This document shows, piece after piece, positions 57,338-64,000 of a stretch of DNA of 64,000 nt. This DNA comes from Gammaproteobacteria bacterium. Lineage in GTDB: Bacteria; Pseudomonadota; Gammaproteobacteria; JABABF01. The notes beneath the pieces are model-generated. The model was given only the letters and a program-made list of their open reading frames with translations. It had not been told where the DNA came from and ran no database searches. The first letter of the stretch is position 1. Every line of letters starts with the position of its first letter. The translations under genes were made by a program, and so were the position numbers. Location: contig OZ242171.1 in NCBI GenBank assembly GCA_965205525.1, forward strand, positions 89,993-153,992, written 5' to 3'.

Positions 57338-59545
57338 GTGGATAAGTATGCTGTGTTGGAATGCCTTCAAGAATCCTCCGAGCCCCTGAGTCTTGCCGCA
57401 ATCGCCGAGGGAATGAGAGAGGGGAAAGGCCACCAGCAGGATATTTCAGAGGTGCTGGCCGCTCTGGAGGAGCAGGGCAGGGTGGTGCGCAATCGCCGGG
57501 GCGCCTACGGCCTGCCGGAGCGCATGGGGCTGATGCGGGGCGTGGTGCGCGGACATCGCAGCGGCAGTGGAACACTGCTGACGGAAAGTGGCGAGGAGCT
57601 GTTTCTCTCCTCCCGAGAAATGCGCCAAGTGTTTGACCGAGACGAGGTGCTAGCCGGTATTCGGCCGGGCGGTCGGCAGGGCAGCCCGGAGGCGGGCATC
57701 GTGAGGGTGCTGCAGCGCAATACGCAGCATTTGGTAGGGCGCTACCGGGTGGACCAGGGCGCAGGCTTTGTGAAGCCCGATGATGCCGGCAATCGGCACT
57801 TGGATATCGTGGTCAAGCCTGGCGATGCCAAGGATGCCCATGATGGCGACATGGTGGCCGTTGCGATTGTCCGCCAGCCAGACGACGAAACTCCCCCTGC
57901 CGGATGTGTGGATGAAGTGCTAGGGGAGTGTCTCAGCCGCGAGCAGGCAGTGCATATCTCTGCCCTCAACTACGACATTCCCGCCACCTGGCCCCCAGAA
58001 GTATTGGAAGAGGCTGCGCAGTTCCCCGCCGCCCCCGCCGCCGAGGACGGGGCAGCCCGGGTAGACCTGCGGGATCTGGACCTGGTGACCATTGATGGCG
58101 AAGATGCCCGGGATTTTGATGATGCCGTGCACTGCAAGGTGAAGCCTGACGGCGGCTGGTGGCTGTGGGTGGCGATTGCCGATGTTTCTCATTACGTGAC
58201 CCCCGGCTCCGCCTTGGATCGGGAGGCGGCCCAGCGCGGCAATTCGGTGTATTTCCCGGAGCATGTCATACCGATGCTGCCGGAGGCTCTGTCCAACGGC
58301 CTGTGCTCCCTGAACCCCGAGGTGGACCGCCTGTGTGTCGTCTGCGAGATGAATATCAGCCCTGAGGGCAAGGTGGGCTCTTTTCGTTTTTGCGAAGGGG
58401 TGATGCGCTCCCGGGCGCGTCTGACCTATACCGAAACCGCGGCGCTCTTGGGCATGGGTGGGGATAGAGCAGATGAAAAAATGCAAAGCCGCCGAAGCGA
58501 TCTGTTAGAGCCCCTGCGGGAGCTTCAGCGCCTGTTTAAAGTGCTGCTGCGAGCCCGCCGCGAGCGGGGTGCCATTGATTTTGAAATGCAGGAGAACCGC
58601 ATCCTGTTTGACGAGGAGGGGCAGGTGCAGTCCGTGGTGCCGCTGGTGCGCAACGATGCCCATCGCCTCATAGAGGAGTGCATGCTGTGCGCCAATGTGG
58701 CGGCGGCCCGCTTTCTGCAGAAGCACCGCTTGCCCGCCCTGTATCGGGTGCACGAGGGGCCATCACAGGAGAGTTTAGAAGATCTGCGCCAGCAGCTCGG
58801 TGGGCTCAACCTGAAGCTGCAGGGGGGCAGCCGCCCGTCACCGAAGCATTTTCAGCATCTGCTGAGCCAGGTCCAGGGTCTTCCCGAGGCGGCGGCAGTG
58901 CAGATGATGCTGCTGCGCGTGATGGGCCGGGCTGTGTACCAGCCGGAGAACCACGGTCATTTTGGCCTTCATTATCCGGCGTACGCCCACTTCACCTCAC
59001 CCATTCGCCGCTATCCCGACTTGCTGGTGCACCGGGCAATCCGCCATATCATCCGCAGCGATCGCGACTCGCCCCACGTGCTGCGTGTCCCCGGCGCTAG
59101 TGTTCTCGCCAAGAAGGATATCTTCCCCTACCAGCCGGCGGAGATAGAGCCGTCCGGCATTCACTGCTCCATGACTGAGCGGCGAGCCGATGAGGCCACT
59201 CGGGATGCGACCAAGCGCCTGGTCTGCGAGTGGCTGCGGGAGAGGGTGGGCGAGGTTTTTGACGGCGTGGTGACCGGTGTCACCTCCTTCGGGGTATTCG
59301 TAGAACTGGGCGGGGTTGCCATGGACGGCCTAATGCATGTGAGCAGCTTGGAAAATGATTATTATCATTTTGATCCTGCCCGGATGCGGCTCAAAGGACA
59401 GCGCACCGGGGAGGAATACCGTCTCGGCCAGTCTCTTCGCGTGCGCATCGCAGAAGTGAATGCGGATTTGCGCCGCATTGACCTGCAGCTGGAAAACCAG
59501 GCGCCCCGGAGCTCTCGCCGCCGCCGCTGGCAGCGTCGCCGCTAG
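57338..59545 (+). CDS. rnr: Ribonuclease R.
   Basis: The RNB domain motifs are TIDGEDARDFDDAV and HFGLHYPAYAHFTSPIRRYPDL. There is a C-terminal S1 domain (FDGVVTGVTSFGVFVEL) and a basic tail. An AGGAGG lies 5 nt upstream of GTG 57338. The upstream part of the ORF overlaps the zapB-like gene and was rejected. Confidence 0.9.
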   Translation: MDKYAVLECLQESSEPLSLAAIAEGMREGKGHQQDISEVLAALEEQGRVVRNRRGAYGLPERMGLMRGVVRGHRSGSGTLLTESGEELFLSSREMRQVFDRDEVLAGIRPGGRQGSPEAGIVRVLQRNTQHLVGRYRVDQGAGFVKPDDAGNRHLDIVVKPGDAKDAHDGDMVAVAIVRQPDDETPPAGCVDEVLGECLSREQAVHISALNYDIPATWPPEVLEEAAQFPAAPAAEDGAARVDLRDLDLVTIDGEDARDFDDAVHCKVKPDGGWWLWVAIADVSHYVTPGSALDREAAQRGNSVYFPEHVIPMLPEALSNGLCSLNPEVDRLCVVCEMNISPEGKVGSFRFCEGVMRSRARLTYTETAALLGMGGDRADEKMQSRRSDLLEPLRELQRLFKVLLRARRERGAIDFEMQENRILFDEEGQVQSVVPLVRNDAHRLIEECMLCANVAAARFLQKHRLPALYRVHEGPSQESLEDLRQQLGGLNLKLQGGSRPSPKHFQHLLSQVQGLPEAAAVQMMLLRVMGRAVYQPENHGHFGLHYPAYAHFTSPIRRYPDLLVHRAIRHIIRSDRDSPHVLRVPGASVLAKKDIFPYQPAEIEPSGIHCSMTERRADEATRDATKRLVCEWLRERVGEVFDGVVTGVTSFGVFVELGGVAMDGLMHVSSLENDYYHFDPARMRLKGQRTGEEYRLGQSLRVRIAEVNADLRRIDLQLENQAPRSSRRRRWQRRR

Positions 59546-59562
59546 CGGGAGTTGGCTGCACA

Positions 59563-60312
59563 GTGAGCGCTGAGAGCGACACCTGGGTCTACGGCCTGCA
59601 CGCCGTGGATGCCCTGCTGGAGAATGATACAAAGGTGGGGGAACTCCTCGTGCAGGAGGGCCGAAAAGACCGCCGCATGGCACAGATCTTGGCCCGGGCC
59701 TACGCTGCTGGCGTGCCGGTGCGCCGGGTATCCCGTCGGGAACTGGATGCCTTGGTGCGGGGTGTGCACCAGGGCGTGGTGGCGGCCTGCGAAGAGCCGA
59801 TACCGGAGCGGGATGAGAAGTGGCTGCTGACGGCGGTGACAAACACTGAATCCCCCCTGCTGCTGGTGCTGGACGGAGTGCAGGACCCCCATAACTTGGG
59901 AGCCTGCCTGCGCTCGGCAGATGCCGTCGGGGCCCTGGCGGTAGTGGTGCCCCGCAGCCGCTCGCCGGAGCTGACCCCAGTTGTGCGCAAGTCTGCCAGC
60001 GGCGCGGCGGAGACCATGCCTTTGGTGCGGGTCGGCAACCTGCACCGCACCCTGACAGCCCTGCACAAGGCCGGGCTGTGGCTGGTGGGCACGGAGGCGG
60101 GGGCAGAGGACAGCCTGTACGACTTGGATTTGCGGGCATCCCTGGCCCTGGTGCTGGGGGGCGAGGGCGATGGTCTGCGCCGACTCAGCCGGGAATGCTG
60201 CGATAAGCTGGCCCGGCTGCCGATGCGAGGGGCGGTGAATAGCCTCAATGTCTCCGTGGCCGCCGGAGTGTGCCTGTTTGAGGCCGGGCGGCAGCGACAG
60301 CGCACCAAGTAA
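59563..60312 (+). CDS. rlmB: 23S rRNA (guanosine2251-2'-O)-methyltransferase RlmB.
   Basis: The SpoU/TrmH motifs are LVLDGVQDPHNLGACLRSA, LVLGGEGDGLR and SLNVSVAAGV. It follows rnr, which is the conserved order. Confidence 0.88.
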   Translation: MSAESDTWVYGLHAVDALLENDTKVGELLVQEGRKDRRMAQILARAYAAGVPVRRVSRRELDALVRGVHQGVVAACEEPIPERDEKWLLTAVTNTESPLLLVLDGVQDPHNLGACLRSADAVGALAVVVPRSRSPELTPVVRKSASGAAETMPLVRVGNLHRTLTALHKAGLWLVGTEAGAEDSLYDLDLRASLALVLGGEGDGLRRLSRECCDKLARLPMRGAVNSLNVSVAAGVCLFEAGRQRQRTK

Positions 60313-60435
60313 TCAGCGCTTTCCGACGGGCATATGTTTTCTCGGCCACACCCCGCCCGCCCTCGTCTATAGTAGACAGGATGCTTTTCCTCGCATAGCA
60401 TTTCCCCCCTTCGCGCTCAACCTTCCCCTTTGCTT

Positions 60436-60948
60436 ATGGCGAATAAATCTTTTATTGCGATTCTGATGGGCTCTTCTTCGGATACCCCGGTTATGCAGCG
60501 GACGGCGGAGATCTTGGAGCACTTCAATGTGCCCTATGAAATGCGGATCCTTTCCGCCCACCGCACCCCGCAACGGCTGCAGACTTATGTGAAGAATGCC
60601 GAGAGGCGAGGCTGCGCCGTATTCATCGCCGCCGCCGGCATGGCGGCGCACTTGGCCGGCTCGGTGGCCGCCATCACCCTGCGGCCGGTTATCGGGGTGC
60701 CGCTGGAAGCCTCTTCCCTGGGCGGCATTGACTCCCTCCTCTCCACGGTGCAGATGCCGGCGGGTGTGCCGGTGGCCACTGTGGCAGTGGGGAAGGCCGG
60801 GGCGGATAATGCCGCCTATCTGGCCCTGCAGGTGCTGGCCCTGGGGGACAAGAATCTGGCGAAGCGTCTGGTAAATCAGCGGCAGAAGCGGGGTGCCGCA
60901 ATCCTAGCTGCCGACCGGAAGCTGCAGGAGAGCTTGGATGGCGACTGA
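60436..60948 (+). CDS. purE: 5-(carboxyamino)imidazole ribonucleotide mutase.
   Basis: [16 protein letters not shown] and [10 protein letters not shown] are PurE motifs. Confidence 0.92.
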   Translation: MANKSFIAILMGSSSDTPVMQRTAEILEHFNVPYEMRILSAHRTPQRLQTYVKNAERRGCAVFIAAAGMAAHLAGSVAAITLRPVIGVPLEASSLGGIDSLLSTVQMPAGVPVATVAVGKAGADNAAYLALQVLALGDKNLAKRLVNQRQKRGAAILAADRKLQESLDGD

Positions 60949-60966
60949 GCAGCTTTCCTAATCAAT

Positions 60967-61524
60967 GTGTTGACACTGCCCCTGCGCCTGGCGGCGAAGG
61001 CACTTCATACGGGCTGTGTGGTCGCGTATCCTACCGAGGCGGTCTGGGGGCTGGGCTGTGACCCGGAAAACCCCGAGGCGGTGTCCCGTCTGCTCCGGCT
61101 GAAGAGAAGAAGTCCAGCGGCGGGGCTGATCTTGGTGGCGGCGAGTATCGCACAGCTGGAACCCTTGCTTGGCGACCTGTCCCGTCCCATGCGCAAGCGG
61201 CTGGAGGAGAGCTGGCCTGGGCCGGTGACTTGGCTGGTGCCGGATGTCGGGGCAGTTCCGCCCTGGATTCGGGGTGTCCACGATACGGTGGCACTGCGGG
61301 TGACAGCGCATCCGGTAGCAGCTGCCCTGTGTCGTTTTTTTGGCGGCCCGCTGGTATCTACCTCTGCAAACCGCAGCGGAGGACGGCCCGCTCGGCGCAT
61401 TTTTCAGGTGCATCGCTTCCTCGGCGGCGAGGTGGATTGCGTGGTGCCGGGCCCCCTGGGAGGGCAGCCCCGCCCGACGGCAATTCGGGACCTGGCCACC
61501 GGCAGAGCTGTGCGCGATGCCTGA
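60967..61524 (+). CDS. tsaC: L-threonylcarbamoyladenylate synthase type 1 (TsaC/YrdC).
   Basis: [15 protein letters not shown] and STSANRSG match the family. The protein is 185 aa and sits in the tsaC-hemF-aroE order. Confidence 0.85.
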   Translation: MLTLPLRLAAKALHTGCVVAYPTEAVWGLGCDPENPEAVSRLLRLKRRSPAAGLILVAASIAQLEPLLGDLSRPMRKRLEESWPGPVTWLVPDVGAVPPWIRGVHDTVALRVTAHPVAAALCRFFGGPLVSTSANRSGGRPARRIFQVHRFLGGEVDCVVPGPLGGQPRPTAIRDLATGRAVRDA

Positions 61525-61607
61525 CAGGGCGCAGCCGGTTCCTCCCGGGGGTGGCGCTTTGCATGCCGGCGGGTTCTTCTGCGGGCGGTATCCGAAGTTG
61601 CCTTGCC

Positions 61608-62537
61608 ATGTCCGAGCAAAAGCAGCCTGACTTTTCAGAGGTGGAGCAGTGGCTTGCCTCCTGGCAGGACACCCTGTGCGCCGCCCTTGAGAGAGAGGAT
61701 GGGGGGGCGCGTTTTCTGGAGGATCGCTGGAGCCGGCAGGAGGGTGGCGGCGGGCTTTCCCGGGTGCTGAAGGAAGGGCATCTGTTTGAGCGTCTGGGCG
61801 TTAATTTTTCCAGCGTGCAGGGGCGGAAGCTGCCCCCCTCCGCCACTGCTGCCCGCCCGCAGCTGGCCGGGGCATCTTTTCGGGCGGCGGGGGTATCTTT
61901 GGTGGCGCACCCGGTCAATCCCCACGTTCCCGCCGCCCATGCCAACCTGCGTTTTTTCCAGGCAGAGACCTCGGGAAAGCCTGCCGCCTGGTGGTTTGGC
62001 GGGGGCTATGACCTCACCCCCTGCTACGGCTATGCAGAGGATTGTCGTCACTGGCATAAAACCGCGCGAGCTGCCTGCGAGCCCTTCGGGGCGGGCATCT
62101 ATCCGCGTTTGAAAAAATGGTGCGATGACTACTTTTACCTGCCCCATCGGGGCGAGACCCGAGGTATCGGCGGATTGTTCTTTGATGATTTCTGCGAATG
62201 GGATTTTGCCCGCTGTTTCGGGTTTGTCCGCGCCGTGGGGGAGAGCTTCACCGAGGCTTATCTCCCCATCCTAAAGCGGCGGCGGGAGATGCCCTACGGT
62301 GAGAGGGAGCGGGATTTTCAGCTGTACCGGCGCGGTCGCTATGCGGAGTTCAACCTGGTGTACGACCGGGGCACCCTGTTCGGCCTGCAGTCCGGAGGGC
62401 GCACCGAGTCTATTCTGATGTCCCTGCCGCCCCTAGTGCGCTGGGACTACAACTGGTGCCCAGAGACAGGCAGCGAAGAGGAGCGTCTGTACCGGGAATT
62501 CCTGCCCCCCCGGGACTGGGCTCGAGACGATGACTGA
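61608..62537 (+). CDS. hemF: Oxygen-dependent coproporphyrinogen III oxidase.
   Basis: [28 protein letters not shown] and [33 protein letters not shown] match HemF. I trimmed the ORF to ATG 61608. Confidence 0.93.
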   Translation: MSEQKQPDFSEVEQWLASWQDTLCAALEREDGGARFLEDRWSRQEGGGGLSRVLKEGHLFERLGVNFSSVQGRKLPPSATAARPQLAGASFRAAGVSLVAHPVNPHVPAAHANLRFFQAETSGKPAAWWFGGGYDLTPCYGYAEDCRHWHKTARAACEPFGAGIYPRLKKWCDDYFYLPHRGETRGIGGLFFDDFCEWDFARCFGFVRAVGESFTEAYLPILKRRREMPYGERERDFQLYRRGRYAEFNLVYDRGTLFGLQSGGRTESILMSLPPLVRWDYNWCPETGSEEERLYREFLPPRDWARDDD

Positions 62538-63366
62538 TCGCTACGCGCTATTCGGCAATCCTATTGCCCACAGCCTGTCCCCCCGCATACACGCCGCCTT
62601 TGCGGCAGAGAGCGGGCAGGATATGTGCTACGAGGCGCGGGAGATTGCAGCGGGGGATTTTCAGCGAGCAGCGGAGATTTTCTTCAAAGAGGAGGGCGGG
62701 GCGGGCCTCAACATTACCCTGCCTTTCAAGGAGGATGCCTGCGCCGCTGCCGACGAGCTGGGGGAGTACGCCCGCCGGGCCGGGGCGGTGAATACCCTGA
62801 TGCGCCTGCCTGACGGCAGAATCGCCGGGGAGAATACAGACGGCATCGGCCTGCTTAGGGATTTGCTGGACAACCAGGGCTGGCAGCCGGCGGGCAGCCG
62901 TCTGCTGCTGCTGGGTGCCGGCGGTGCGGTGCGGGGCATCCTGCCGATGCTCTTGGACCAGCGGCCTGCCCGTCTGGTGCTGGCCAATCGCACCCTCTCC
63001 AAAGCCAGACAACTGGCGGCAGAAATCACCGGGCCGGCAAAGACGGAAGTTGTCGGCTACGAGCAGCTGGGCGGGCAATCCTTTGACCTGGTGATACACG
63101 GCACCAGCGCCGGCCTGTCGGGAATGCCGCCGCCGCTGCCCGATGATCTGCCCCTAGAGCAGGCCCGCTGCTACGACCTCTCCTACGGTGCTGGAGCAGA
63201 GCCTTTCCTGCGCCGAGCAGAGGCAGCCGGGGCGAAACAGCTGGCGGATGGCCTAGGTATGCTGGTGGAGCAGGCGGCAGAGTCCTTCCGCCTGTGGCGA
63301 GGGGTGTGCCCGGATACCAAGGCGGTAATCCAAGGCCTTCGCGACCCTCAAGATGCCGATTCTTGA
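62530..63366 (+). CDS. aroE: Shikimate dehydrogenase.
   Basis: [30 protein letters not shown] and [11 protein letters not shown] are AroE motifs. Confidence 0.92.
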   Translation: MTDRYALFGNPIAHSLSPRIHAAFAAESGQDMCYEAREIAAGDFQRAAEIFFKEEGGAGLNITLPFKEDACAAADELGEYARRAGAVNTLMRLPDGRIAGENTDGIGLLRDLLDNQGWQPAGSRLLLLGAGGAVRGILPMLLDQRPARLVLANRTLSKARQLAAEITGPAKTEVVGYEQLGGQSFDLVIHGTSAGLSGMPPPLPDDLPLEQARCYDLSYGAGAEPFLRRAEAAGAKQLADGLGMLVEQAAESFRLWRGVCPDTKAVIQGLRDPQDADS

Positions 63367-63604
63367 CGATAGCGCAGGTTGCTACGAGGCTTATTTTTGA
63401 AAATCAAGAAGAAATTCCTCCTACACATCTAGGCAGGTTGATGGATGCAAATGTTGGGGGTTCTCAAGTCAGTTCCATTGGTTCAATAGAACCTATTGAA
63501 CAGAATATTGAAAGATATGTTATGCACTAGTGTAGGGTCGCCGCCAGGCTAAGTATGTGGTTGTCGGACCGAAGGCAAAACCTTGGTTTTTGATTTGTAA
63601 GGTC

Positions 63605-64000
63605 TCAGCCATCCTGCCTGAAGGGCAGTCTCTCCTTGGCTGCTTTGCGGTACTCCGCCATGTGCGCGGTCTCCCGCACTAGGAAGTCGGCGATGGCTTC
63701 CCGAAAATCCGGGTGCGCAATCCAGTGGCAGGAATGGGTTTCCACCGGCACAAACCCCCGTTGTATCTTGTGCTCCCCTTGCGCACCCGGGTCAAAGCGC
63801 TGCAGGCCTTCCTGGATGCAGTACTCAATGCCCTGGTAGTAGCAGGTTTCAAAATGCAGGCAGTCAAATTCCTGCAGTGCTCCCCAGTAGCGCCCGTACA
63901 GGGTGTCCCGGGAGCGAAAGCAGAGGGCAGCGGCTACATTCTGGCCTCGCTGCTCGGCGGTGATCAGCACGATATGCTCCGCCAGGGTGTTTGCGATAGT
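63605..64000 (-). CDS. GNAT-like N-acetyltransferase (COG3146/DUF482 type), C-terminal part. The gene continues beyond the window end.
   Basis: The frame is open to position 64000. LYGRYWG...LHFETCYYQGIEYCIQEGLQRFDPGAQGEHKIQRGF resembles the DUF482 family as I remember it. Confidence 0.55.
   Translation of the reverse strand, partial: TIANTLAEHIVLITAEQRGQNVAAALCFRSRDTLYGRYWGALQEFDCLHFETCYYQGIEYCIQEGLQRFDPGAQGEHKIQRGFVPVETHSCHWIAHPDFREAIADFLVRETAHMAEYRKAAKERLPFRQDG

Noticed and set aside
28905-62537. N-terminal extensions in the ORF track for hemW, metX, the trx-like gene, yggS, gshB, argH, rsmE, metK, rnr and hemF.
   Set aside because: The extensions overlap the upstream gene or intergenic DNA and have wrong-frame-like composition. 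They precede an internal ATG or GTG that reproduces the canonical family N-terminus. I trimmed the starts accordingly.
1-64000. Transposases, integrases, phage genes, toxin-antitoxin or defence-system genes.
   Set aside because: I recognised none in any frame. The non-array part of the window is contiguous core metabolism with tightly packed, often overlapping, operon genes.

Overview
This 64-kb window comes from a GC-rich chromosome whose gene order looks gammaproteobacterial: metW-metX, yggT-proC-yggS, zapA-6S RNA-5-FCL and tsaC-hemF-aroE. Positions 1 to about 26,830 hold a head-to-tail array of four very large paralogous + strand genes. One gene is cut by the window edge; the others are about 2132, 1378 and 3044 codons. 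The genes are built from near-identical 1.7-2.0 kb DNA modules. Each module encodes a 7-bladed lactonase/YVTN-like beta-propeller followed by one to three Ig-like domains of about 100 aa. All genes share one 5' cassette: a conserved intergenic leader with a length-variable poly-G tract, followed by a Sec-type signal peptide. All also share one 3' cassette of about 1 kb that ends in a dockerin-like double segment. Across the 12 propeller copies the scaffold is conserved almost to the nucleotide, while a few loops differ in sequence and length. I regard this modular, probably recombining and possibly phase-variable family of secreted proteins as the candidate novel system; its function is unknown. 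No secretion, regulator, cohesin-like or mobility gene accompanies it inside the window. The remaining 37 kb is ordinary core metabolism and looks intact and unremarkable. It contains an NDH-2 fused to a cNMP-binding-like domain, tRNA-Arg(CCG), and hemW-rdgB-DUF4426-metW-metX-yggT-proC-trx-yggS-ruvX-gshB-argH. It also contains hemCD, a sahR-metK-ahcY-metF SAM-cycle operon with a palindromic operator, and tkt-gap/epd-pgk-fba plus a FAD oxidase. The rest is rpiA, ilvA, 5-FCL/6S RNA/zapA/zapB-like, rnr-rlmB, purE, tsaC-hemF-aroE and a partial GNAT gene. All family assignments come from reading motifs and synteny by eye; no database search was possible.
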